Assembly (NCBI GenBank): GCA_032718475.1
Contig: JAUCBJ010008252.1
Location: 1 to 51,527, forward strand
Length of the DNA: 51,527 bases
Direction: 5' to 3'
Origin: Nemertoderma westbladi
Taxonomy: Eukaryota > Animalia > Xenacoelomorpha
In this document: positions 1 to 11,700 of the stretch, piece by piece
How the letters are laid out: each line of letters begins with the position of its first letter
How positions within the stretch are numbered: the first letter of the stretch is position 1
Notes under the pieces: generated by a model
Told to the model about the DNA's origin: nothing
Databases searched by the model: none
The model's input: the letters and a program-made list of their open reading frames with translations, nothing else
Position numbers and translations under genes: made by a program

Positions 1-3000
1 GTACTGTCCGGGGGTTGATTGGGGTAGGCAGCGACGCCCGCTCGCCTAAATATAAACTCATTATAATATGGATAAACTCATATATAGCAGATATGACGGA
101 GTTGATAGAAGATGGTCTTGGTATCGGGGAGCGATATACTCTACTTTTACAAGCGTTTGTTGATAGCTTAATACGCGGCGACGTTAGCCCAACTGCTGCG
201 GAGGACGATGGTCGTTATATCGAACCGCCAATGTCCCAAGAGCAGCTCGCGCGAGTTGGACTATAGAAAATTCGCTGCTCGATATACGCAGCGTAATGGT
301 ACGTATATGGGCTTCTTAACTACTGATCATCCTATCGATTTACACAATACGGACTATGTCGACTATATATCCTGCCCAGCGGAGTCGGAACCATAAACTG
401 AAATTCGAATGCGAAAATTCTATTCGAAATCGGCTCGAAAGAAAAGACATTAAAGAAACAAATAAACGCGGTAACTCCAACATATATTTGGAATTCTTGA
501 TAGAAGCATTGTAACAACAAATAAATATCATCCGCGTTTCCCCTACCAGACGTGCGTCTTTGGTATTATTACGGTAAATGCCCTAGACCCAGCCAATAAA
601 CGGAAAGACATAAACATCCACGGAAACGTTGTGTTAAACACAGTTGTGTTCGTTATATTTACTGGAGTTTCGAGCGAAACTTGTTTGACGTATCACCTAT
701 GCTCACTCGGCTCTAACGATCCTAGAGTAAACCTACGATCAGAGTCCCGGAATACTCGGTCAAACCTCCTCATTCCTTAGTTGGACCTCAGACCTGCGAT
801 CCTGGTGGTGTCGCGGATCCTCGCGGACGGTATTCACTGTTCAAGATCTAGTGCTACCCTAACAATTAATCGGTAACACTCCGACAGTGATTTCTAGCTA
901 GCCGCCCATCTTACCTAGCCGGATTATGACGCAGACACCTAATATCACTATCCAACCGTATGGTCGTCCCGTTTAACGCGATACAACCCTTCATCAAGGT
1001 GAAGGAGAGCGTTGTACGAAACGAGTTAAACGCTATTCTATAAAGATCAAAAAAGAAACCTGCGTTTGTTCAGATAAACGTAAGTTATAACAGTAAGTCC
1101 AATCGATAAACGAATTGGCCTTATCTCAGTTCGATTGGGAAATCTCGAATCTCAAAGAAGATATCAAGCTTAGAAAACCCTATTCTCTGCGAGAGTTTTG
1201 GACGAACGTATCCCATGACAAGCGGAGGAAAATCAGCTCGAGGAGAAGCATATCGAAATGGACGAGACACCGACCGTAAACCCAAACCTTCTAATGCAAT
1301 CATATTGCACCCTTCACCCAGGAGTTATGGCCCTCCTAGTAAAGTGGCTCCCCCTAAAGAGAAAAAGACTCTGGCTAACTTTAAAAAACTGCGTAAACGC
1401 CGTCCGCGCAAGAAAGACTAACTGTTTAGAGTATTTATGTATATTAGAAATTGTGATTTTGTATATTTTATAGACTTAAATCCCATTTTCTGGGAGCGGT
1501 GTAAAAGCTTTTGTGGGATAACTGATTCGTTTGCCTTGTTAACCAGTTCCCCCCCAGGCGCTGAATACTCTAAAAGGGGATCTATAACTCGAATAGCGCA
1601 AGCTACCGGCTGATTGGCTGATTTGCTGTGCGAAGGGATCTGGGCTACGTTTGATTGTCCAACCAGCTTGGGAAAGTTGCCCCACAGCCCTGCTTCTGTA
1701 TCTGCCAATAGGATTTGAGTTGATTTTGATTTCGACCTATCACAGATCTACTGAACTGAATTTTCCTATCTGTATGCTCTTTCTCTGTGGTGGGTGGAAG
1801 CCTTTGTAAATAAGGTTATTCTTATCAGTTTTTTAGTGTTGTTTTGTGATTCTAAGCCAGGAAGAGAGCGGCTTTGGAATTTTATGCTCTTTCTCTGTGC
1901 CTTACACTAGTAGGCTTAATTATAAGGACATATATCCGTTATCATAACAATCAATCCTTAACAATCCAACCCAAACTGATGACTGATTGTCACAACTCAT
2001 GCAACTCAACATACCTAATCAAACATACCTGTGCATACTTTTATATTGTTATACTGCTATTTACTGTCAGTTCTTCATAATATGGTTGATGAATTATTAT
2101 ATTTGGAATAACGATAAATAACCCCGAAACCCAATATTCTTGATATACCGAAGGTAAGAGAGAAAGGTTACATATAACGATTGTGACTTATGTTAAAGTG
2201 GTTTGAAGTGAATCTAATGTTATTTGATAGACCCTACATGAGTCGGTCCGTGTTCCTTTTATATATAACTAAAATCAGTGAAGATTGGCAGATCAGTGTG
2301 CAGTATTGTGCAGCATTGTGTATGAGTGAGACTGATAACGAAGCATTTCCTAAAGAATGCGCCATATATGTGAATTATAACTAAGCCATATCGTTGTGAG
2401 TAGTTTAAGTCATAACTCTGTTTGTATAGATAGAGCGCCACGTCCTAAAGGAACTGTTAATATTCCCCGAAGGTGAATAATATTGTCAGAGATTATATAA
2501 TACTGTCAGTCGAATAATACATTAGGCTTACATAGCAATAAAATTAAGCCGTCGAACCCAATCTCCCGGGTATATCCAGCGGGTGAATGATCGCGCACAG
2601 ATTGGTTTCGACTAGTGTAGTGAATTAAATACTTGTCATAGGCTAAAGGTGATTTATTATCTAGAAGACATCCTAATTTGGCGGGTTAAACTGCCAAAGG
2701 TCTGAAAGCGCGAACAAAGGTATACTTATTAGTTAGGACCTACTAATTATCAACTATGTAAATATAAAACAATATTTCGCACCCGCCAGTGTCGGACAAG
2801 TCTGCATTTCTGTGTGGAAGTTGTTGAAAGTGAACATATCTCTTCGGCAAGCCGTTCACCAAGTCTTCATCTTAAAATAAGAGATGGTATCGCAGCGACC
2901 ATCAAGGAACCCTCAGTTTTTGTGTTTGTAAATGATTTGATTAATGCATATTTTTATTTATTTTCGCTTGTAATTTATGTTTAAATGCGTTGAGTAGATT

Positions 3001-3269
3001 ACTGATAGTCGTGTCGTTCTACAGTTCTACAGAGTCAATCTAATAAAGTTACTGTCGTATAGGAATGGAGGAACCAATCTGTTCTGAATTGCGACTTACA
3101 TTAATTGCTTATCTATCGAATAACTACTGACTAATATAAATGAGTTACATACAGTCTTCAAGTTATATTGTTGATCATTCTATTATTACATAGTTAATGA
3201 GTCTATATAATAACTATAAGCTGCATACTGTAATACAGCTTCATTGGGAACTCTAATCCGGTTTAACAA

Positions 3270-3995
3270 CACAATTACACCGCCACAACTCTCATCACCT
3301 AAGATATTTGGGAGATCAGCCGCATCTTCAAGGCCAGTGTCATTTGTGTCTCGAAAAAGTCAAGGGCTGCCTAGTGATCAGTGCCCACCATGTTTATTCA
3401 CTCCATGAGGCTGTCGTAGCACATAATTGTGCACTGGCTGGTCCTCAAGGCGGAAGCAATCTCCTGCAAAGCAGAGGCGGCTCCGTTCAAGTGTCAACCT
3501 TGGGGGGACTAATATTGTATATTGTCTGGTTGGAGATGTGTGCATTGTACTTGAAACAATTCATTAATCCTACAGTATCTGTGTGGGTATCATTCTTGTA
3601 CATATATGTGTCATCAAGAGATTTGGTGTCCTCGGCACTTTAGCAGTAAGAGGCCAGCTTGAGCTCCAATTTAAGAGTACTGGTTCTACTACTGCTCTAA
3701 ATTATCCAACCTGAAGATTCTAATGCATTATAATATGTGACATCAAAATCCTGGGCAGCCCATTCAATGCTGGTGCTGCCCATGTGCCAATGTCTCTCCA
3801 TGTGTCAACTCCAACTGACTTCAGAATCAATGATCCCAAGTAGGAGAAGTCATTCTCATACTTAAGAACACCAACACTTGAGCTTATAGCTCATATGATT
3901 AGCAGCCTGTTCTAATGAGCCGTTGGGCTCTCTCTAGTGATTCTGAGACTATTACTAAGACATCAGCAAAGTCTAGGTAAGTTAAGTGCTTGGCT
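3270..3995 (-). mobile_element. Degenerate RTE-like non-LTR retrotransposon fragment (RT C-terminal half)
   Basis: Minus strand gives HLTYLDFADV (RT Y/FADD-like motif, ~3960-3990). The DNA is homologous to the copies at 15335-15890 and 16600-17860 (shared cgcatcttcaaggccagtgtc, gcactggctggtc, ttggagatgtgt). Many stops and frameshifts. Confidence 0.75.
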
Positions 3996-4919
3996 GGATT
4001 TCCTCGACTTATTGTCGATGATCTCTTTGACTTCGACAACGAGCACGGCGCCCTTATTAATGGCAGACGCTGCTGGGGAAGTACCCAGTGAGAACCAAAG
4101 ACTGAGTTCAACGAACCAGAAGGAAGACGGTACAACACCGAACGGACTGGACGATCGCAACGAATCGAAACTATAACGACGAGTTGCGGTACGGCATCGA
4201 ACTATAGACGGTTATCAGGACGAGCGTAGCGAGTACATACTTTAACACAAACTTTAACGAACATGAGCGACACAGACAGAACACCCAATTTAGTTAATTA
4301 AAAGTAGCAATAGTGAAAGGGAATGGTATTGTAGAGTCAGAAATTAATGAGAAACAGGAGAGATTAGATAGAGGATTTAGCCATAATAATCCTAAAGAGA
4401 GAACAAGAGAAAGATGAGAGAGAAAGAGCACATAAAGAAGAGAGGAGAAGAGCGTTGCCGTAAGAGAGCACGAGAGAGGCATGAACGACGTGAGCAGCTT
4501 CAATAAATCTCTTAAGGTTGGAGAATAACTGTAGTGCGATGGACGTAATATCGACGGAGACACTTTTTTTAAACGCTTGTAGCTAAAGATTGAAAGCGGA
4601 AATAAAAATTCTGGCTCACTCACTACAGGTCCGGATTAATGACTTGGCGGCCCGGGTGCACTTTTGACTTTTTCACTAGCGCTCGGAAAAGTGTTTTTAC
4701 ACCAACAAATAACTTTCATTCCAATAGTCTCACATTTGTGGAAGGGAATAGAATACCGGTGGTACGCTCTAATTCAATATACTGATATAAAGATAGGCCC
4801 TCCAGCCCTCTGATCAGTCTGATCTGATTAATAATAAATTAATATTATAATAAAATAAAAATGTTACTTTAATTTCAAATTTAATATTGATAACCTAATT
4901 AATAATTCAATCATCAATT

Positions 4920-5891
4920 ATGTTGATTGTTAAAACCCCATTTCGACGATGCCTCCACTGCACCGGTATCAGTAAAGTGAACCGAAACGTAACTGGATTC
5001 GGTTCCTCCCCGACCTACAGCCCAGGTCTACCGGTACCGGCGCGGTTTAATTGTACAGGAACTCGCGATTACTCGTTCGCTACGTTGGACGTGAGCCGAC
5101 CGGCGTCCTACGTAGCGCACGTACGGCTAAACCGCGCGGAGAAACGCAACGCATTGAGCGTAAAAGTGTTCGAGGAAATCCGCGAGTGTTTCTCCGAGTT
5201 GGGGAAGGACAATAAATGCCGAGCGGTGGTACTGAGTGGGGAGGGACTGGCTTTCTCCTCGGGGATCGATTTGTCTGCGTTGGGAGCGATCGCTACGGGT
5301 ACAGCGGAGTTGGAACCAGGGCGACGTTGGTTCGCTATGCGGGGAATCGTTGGCGAGTTCCAGGAGTCGATAAACGCCGTGGAGGAGTGCCCGAAACCGG
5401 TGGTTGTATCGGTGCACGGTGCGTGCGTAGGGGCGGCGGTGGACCTGGTAACGGCGTGCGACGTCCGATACGCGTCGCTAGACGCTTGGTTCCAAGTCAA
5501 GGAAGTCGAGATGGGGTTAGCGGCGGACTTAGGGACCTTACAGCGGTTGCCCAAGGTAACGGGTAACCATAGCTGGGCCCGGGAAGTCTGTTACACTGCG
5601 AGGAGGTTCGACTCCAAGGAGGCCAGGGACTTTAATTTAATTAGCAGACTGGAGGCGGATGCGGAGGCCTCGTTGGCCGCTGCGATGGAGACAGCCAATA
5701 GGATCGCAGCGTTGTCGCCGGTAGCGGTTCAGGGAACTAAAATAAGTCTGCTTTATAGTCAGGATCGCACTGTTGAGGAGGGGATGAGACACGTACTCAA
5801 TATGAATGGTGGTCTTCTCCAAAGCGAAGATACAATCATCTCCTTCCAAAGCGCAATGGCTAAAACAAAGCCAGAGTTCAACGACCTGTAG
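4920..5891 (+). CDS. ECH1: Delta(3,5)-Delta(2,4)-dienoyl-CoA isomerase (crotonase/enoyl-CoA hydratase family), single exon
   Basis: 323-aa ORF with VRLNRAEKRNAL, FSSGIDL, KPVVVSVHGACVGAAVDLVTACDVRY, FQVKEVEMGLAADLGTLQRLPK and SPVAVQGTK. The N-terminus is a basic, mitochondrial-presequence-like leader. Confidence 0.93.
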   Translation: MLIVKTPFRRCLHCTGISKVNRNVTGFGSSPTYSPGLPVPARFNCTGTRDYSFATLDVSRPASYVAHVRLNRAEKRNALSVKVFEEIRECFSELGKDNKCRAVVLSGEGLAFSSGIDLSALGAIATGTAELEPGRRWFAMRGIVGEFQESINAVEECPKPVVVSVHGACVGAAVDLVTACDVRYASLDAWFQVKEVEMGLAADLGTLQRLPKVTGNHSWAREVCYTARRFDSKEARDFNLISRLEADAEASLAAAMETANRIAALSPVAVQGTKISLLYSQDRTVEEGMRHVLNMNGGLLQSEDTIISFQSAMAKTKPEFNDL

Positions 5892-6659
5892 GTCAATTCA
5901 TCCCCTGACTGATTAATCAGTATTTATTTATAGTTTAATTTGTTTACGTTTTCTATCAGCCTCTATTATGTCGGAATCTGAAATATTTAAATACTCCGCT
6001 GGTTTTAGAGTTTCAAATTAATATAATAATCTCAATAGATTTAACAATACAATATTACTTTGTATTACAATGATAACAATAATTATGCAATATGGATTTG
6101 TGTTGTAATTTATAAAGCTTTGTATTTTGACGGCATTTTCAAAATGACCCAAGCGCAAAATTTTCAAAATTATTTTTATGGGTTTAATTAAATTATACAG
6201 ACTTAAGTTCGTCCATTGTGACTTAAGTTCGGTTAAACCAAAGGTATGTCCCCAAACACCGATCCTACTTTTTTAATATTCCAAATGCCACAAAATTTTT
6301 CCAAATATGTTTTTTTATTTAAATCGCATAAATTGAAGCAATAAAATAGTCCCAAACGACAGGGTTGATAAGGTATCACAATGGATGGCCCCATTATTTA
6401 AACCAATGAATGAATGAGGCAGGAAGCTTGTTTCCTATTGGTGGATGACTTTACTTTACTTTACTTACAATCCCATGGTGAATATTATATTGTACTGCAC
6501 TCACTATGTATTGGATGTGGTTAAATTCCCATTAATCTTGTAATAATTGTGAATAAAATAAAAAAACTGTAAATTTATCCTAATATATTTATCAGAATAA
6601 ACGAAAACGTGTCGTAAACAGAATTAGAATATTAAAACATTATTTTCTCGGTAATGAAC

Positions 6660-7120
6660 AATTTGGATTTCAGATGGGGGTGGGGGGCTTAGCAGAGTAA
6701 ACTGCTCTTTGGATAAAATTTCACACATCGCACGAATTGTGATTGTGATTTGTCTGCTTATACGTCGCGGCGGCGACAGAATCCATATACTGAGAGGCCA
6801 ACCTCGGGGGCGCTCAGTATACGTGCAGGTTGGGGGTGCCGGCGGTACGCAACACACCAGGTGTACCTGGCCCGGTCATTACGGCCTTGGGTCAGAGGAC
6901 GCGGGGGGGGGGGGGGGGACGTCTTTCGACGCAATAAATATTATTCCCTATCCGAGGGAAATTAGACCCAAATAAGAGCTGATTACTCCCTAAATTATAA
7001 CTGGTACTTGTTATATTGACTTTAATTTATTGTTTTGGTTAGAATAACGTGCCACTGTAAACCTGCTCCTTTCTCTAAATTTGAAATTTAACATTGAGGC
7101 GGGATATTAATTCGTTGAGA
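6660..7120 (+). repeat. Dispersed repeat (non-autonomous TE-like), with an inverted copy at ~42025-42240 and a degenerate piece at ~19720-19780
   Basis: tttattgttttggttagaataacgtgccactgtaaacctgctcctttc...aaatttaacattgaggcgggatattaattcg matches the reverse complement of 42027-42115, and gacgcaataaa is shared. This copy has a ~230-bp insertion (6690-6920) between G-runs. Confidence 0.7.
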
Positions 7121-7143
7121 TTAGATTTGCGTCCAGTCAGTTA

Positions 7144-7727
7144 GCCTCAATATCGGCCTCCGTGCCTCAATATCGGCCTCCGTGCCTCATTATCGGCCTC
7201 CGTGCCTCAATATCGGCCTCCGTACCTCAATATCGGTCTCCGTGCCTCAATATCGGCCTCCGTGCCTCAATATCGGCCTCCGTGCCTCAATATCGGCCTC
7301 CGTGCCTCATTATCGGCCTCCGTGCCTCAATATCGGTCTCCGTACCTCAATATCGGTCACAGTGCCTCAATATCGGCCTCCGTGTGCCTCATTATCGGCC
7401 TCCGTGCCTCAATATCGGCCTCCGTGCCTCAATATCGGCCTCCGTGCCTCAATATCGGCCTCCGTGCCTCAATATCGGCCTCCGTGCCTCAATATCGGCC
7501 TCCGTGCCTCAATATCGGTATCCGTGCCTCAATATCGGTCACCGTGCCTCAATATCGGCCTCCGTGCCTCATTATCGGCCTCCGTGCCTCAATATCGGTC
7601 TCCGTGCCTCAATATCGGCCTCCGTGCCTCATTATCGGCCTCCGTGCCTCAATATCGGCCTCCGTGCCTCAATATCGGCCTCCGTGCCTCAATATCGGCC
7701 TCCGTGCCTCAATATCGGCCTCCGTGC
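7144..7727. repeat. 20-bp minisatellite (gcctcaatatcggcctccgt)n, ~29 copies
   Basis: Directly visible tandem array between the convergent ECH1 and NYN-RNase genes. Confidence 0.97.
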
Positions 7728-8783
7728 ATTAATAACGGGACGCCATCGCAAATAAAAATGGAATCCCGGGACGTTCAGTGCGAATCGCTACGGATAGTGG
7801 CTGGACAGATTGTAGAGAAGTCGCCTACAAGTATTGTTTGTCTCCCAACCCAATACCTAAACGTGGCGAAATATATTGTGTCGTGTTATAATAAATTATA
7901 ATGAAATATACAACAATATAAAATATTACTCTATATGTAAAAACCTCTAAATAATTAGATCACTGATCGTAAATGAGCTTAATGGGTCTCTATTTATAAA
8001 TTTACAATAATATACAAAATATTATCCAGACCAGAAATTGGTATTAAATATTAACCATAATTATAAAATTATAAAATAATGTATATAGGTGGTAGGAATA
8101 TGGATTGGAATATATATATAGTGTCTTAATAGAGATCTCATACCCCGGGCTAATTCGGCTACAAATATTAATGAAATCATATGAATTAGAAAATAGACGC
8201 AGCTGGTAATAAAATACGGTCTAGAGTTGAAACAGAGATTTGTTACTTATCTCTGATCTCTGGATTCTCCGGGCAATGTTTTGGTCTCTGGTTCCCGGAT
8301 ATCTCAGCTGTTTCTCAACGAAATTCAGATATTATTACATATTTCGAATCCTTTCAACGTAAGCTTTCTAATGATATGAAAAAAAATACGGCTAAATGTG
8401 AAGAATGGCAATGAATGCGAATTCGCAAAAGACACTTTTTTAAAACGCTTATAAAAAATTTAAAGGTAAAATCGAAAATTCCGTGACAACCACGGTGAGT
8501 TGAACTAGTTGTGTTTCAAATTTCAAGCAATACGATAAAGATTTGTAGAAAAATCTGGGAACCTTGTCATCGGAAAATGACACTATATTACGGCTCATGG
8601 TGCACATCGCTGGTGAAAACTGGATATATTTAACATTGTAAAGACTTCAAGCAAATTAAAAACAATTTGCATAGCTATATTTTCTAACAATCTCGCACAT
8701 TTTGAGTGTCGAACTTGGGCGGAATATCGTTATACTTGAATTGCACCACATGACGGTAGCCAAACATTCATAATTAAAATAAA

Positions 8784-11700
8784 TTACGTGTACATACCCT
8801 TAAACTCATCCGATGCAAACACTATGTCAGTTAACTCTGTCTGGTCAGTAACGCCGGGACATTTACTCAAAATACCTTGGATATCGACCCCGGGGAACGT
8901 TGTCTGCATGTCAGTAATGAATCCGCGTCTAATAGCATCCGGAGTTGCCGAAGTCATCGGAATTAGTTGAGGAAACTCGATACGATTATATTGTGCCGGT
9001 TTGTTTGAACTCTGGGACGCGTAATCGTTTTGAGTTGAGATTTCGTAAATGGGAGAATTCCGCATAGGAACAGATGGAGCCACGAAATTATGAGAAAAGC
9101 TGCATTTACTCCCGTAGGAGCAGCCGGTACCGCGCGGACACGGAATGCTCCGACGAGGAACAGCCGTTCCGTACCGCAGGAACTCGTCCAATGAAGGACC
9201 GTGACGCCCCAACGGGTCGTCCGGCGGCATAAAAAGATCGTCTACGAACACGTACCCGAGAACCCGGGTCTCCGCTATCAGCTTCCACTTGCTGTTCTCG
9301 CTCGCCAAGTCCTGGAAATTATCGTTGGAGACGATAATCCCGTTGAGTTGGTCCGCGAGATTCATTATGTATCGATCGTCGTACGGATTTATTCGAGTGG
9401 ACCCAACTCGTCGTGAAGGAGTGAACACCATGACTCCCTCCCTCTCGAGTTCGAACAATATGTGCTGTTGCATGATGGTATTGTAGTGGGAAGGGCGCTC
9501 TTTTCTTCTTTGGGGAACTACAACCTTAACGTTGTGGCCCCGAGCTTCGAAGTATTGGGCAACTATTTGCAACCCGCGGCAGGAGAACACTTGACTCTTC
9601 CGTCCGTGGGCCATTGCTACGTTACTGCCGTCCACAATGATCACTCGTAATCCATCATCAAGGGTCTCATCATTATTAATGTTGTCGCGTTCGCGTTTAG
9701 GTCTGGCAGTACAATGATCTACACTATCTGTTCTGCCGTTTGGGTATGATTCTGCATGATTTGAGGGGCGATCTACAGGAAATGTAGACAAGCGAGGATT
9801 AACATGTCTTGTTGGAGGTTCGCTAACATTCGCTTGTGATTGAACTCCAATGACAGTTCCAATAGGGCGCGATTGGGTGTCCAATGCAGTGACAAAGGGG
9901 CGCAATTGGGTGTCCAAAGCAGTGACAAAGGGGCGCGATTGGGTGTCCAAAGCAGTGACAATGGGGCGCGATTGGGTGTCCAAAGCAGTGACAAAGGGGC
10001 GCAATTGGGTGTCCAAAACAGTGACAAAGGGGCGTGATTGGGTGTCCAAGGCAGTGGAAAATGGGCGCAATTGGGTGTCCAAAGCAGTGACAAAAGGGCG
10101 CGATTGGGTGTCCAAGGCAGTGGAAAAGGGGCGCAATTGGGTGTCCAATGCTGAGGGAATGGAGGATGATTGGGTGTCCTTGGCAATACCAATGAGCCGG
10201 GATTGAGTGTCCATAACATAGTCAGTGACTCTAGGGCGGGATTGAGTGTCCATGGCAGTGTCAGTGACTCTAGGGCGGGATTGAGAGTCCATGGCAGTGT
10301 CAGTGACTCTAGGGCGGGATTGAGAGTCCATGGCAGTGTCAGTGACTCTAGGGCGGGATTGAGAGTCCATGGCAGTGTCAGTGACTCTAGGGCGGGAGTG
10401 AGTGTCCATGGCAGTGCCAGTGACTCTAGGGCGGGATTGAGAGTTCATGGCAGTGTCAGTGACTCTAGGGCGGAATTGAGTGTCCATGGCAGTGTCAGTG
10501 ACTCTAGGGCGAGATTGAGAGTCCATGGCAGTGTCAGTGACTCTAGGGCAGGAGTGAGTGTCCATGGCAGTGTCAGTGACTCTAGGGCGGGATTGAGAGT
10601 CCATGGCAGTGTCAGTGACTCTAGGGCGGAATTGAGTGTCCATGGCAGTGTCAGTGACTCTAGGGCGAGATTGAGAGTCCATGGCAGTGTCAGTGACTCT
10701 AGGGCGGGATTGAGAGTCCATGGCAGTGTAAGTGACTCTAGGGCGGAATTGAGTGTCCATGGCAGTGTCAGTGACTCTAGGGCGGGATTGAGAGTCCATG
10801 GCAGTGTCAGTGACTCTAGGGCGGAATTGAGTGTCCATGGCAGTGCCAGTGACTCTAGGGCGGGATTGAGAGTCCATGGCAGTGTCTCTAGGGCGGGATT
10901 GAGTGTACATGGCATTGTCAGTGACTCTAGGGCGGGATTGAGTGTCCATGGCAGTGGCGACGGTGTCCATTGTAACATTCCGATCACCCGCAGCAGATGA
11001 TTTATGGTTTGTCGAAGTTGTCGGTTTATAAACTGTCCTTAGTGGGGGGGAATCCGTTGCTGTCCATGGTGTTGGTGTATTCCTAGTCCTCTTAGCGGAA
11101 GGTGTTCCTGCACTCTCGGCTGTCCGTAACGCGGAAGCTAAATCATTTGAGGATGTCCTAACCGGGTTGTGAGTTGGGTAAACGCTCCCGTTATCCACGG
11201 ACAACCAGGTGTCGCGCTGTGGAGTCACATTTTGCGATGGGAGTTTATCGTCAGCTCTAAATCGCGGCGGGTCCAATGGGATGAGTTCCATAGAATCGTC
11301 ATCACTGGAATCGGTTGTCTCCAGTTTGAAGAGTTCAGTCTGTTCAGAAGCCGTTCGTTGTGACTCAGTAGCGTCCGTTTCAAAGGGTTTCACGGTATCG
11401 TTATTGGCCGTTTCTATGATAGAAACTGCCGTGGCGGTTTCAATATCATCGAAACCTTCAATAAGGAAATCTGTTCCGCGAAGTTTTACTACACAGTGAG
11501 TAGCCGTCTCTAAATCCGTAATAAACTTAGTATCGGCAAGGGTAAGCAACGAACGCTCAGCCGGTACTTTAAACGAGTACTGAGTATCGCACAGAGACAG
11601 AACGTAGTGACGCGAATGTTGACATTGGGTTGACTCACCTCGAACCTGAATCCATGATTGTTCCTTAGCGACTCCTTCTGCAGTCTCAGACACGATGGTC

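Noticed and set aside
5108-5849. Antisense and alternative-frame ORFs within ECH1
   Set aside because: Expected by-products of a GC-rich coding sequence, with no recognisable motifs.
7162-7901. Three overlapping 176-239-aa ORFs (VPQYRPPCLNIGLRASISAS)n
   Set aside because: A stop-free 20-bp minisatellite opens all three frames. A 2-bp indel inside the array shows no frame constraint.
8289-8563. Possible small MITE (ggttccc.gat / atctgggaacc ends)
   Set aside because: The inverted match is short and there is no clear TSD, so support is insufficient.
9773-11000. Alternative-frame and antisense ORFs over the RNase repeats
   Set aside because: These are shadows of the 33-bp and 39-bp coding repeats.
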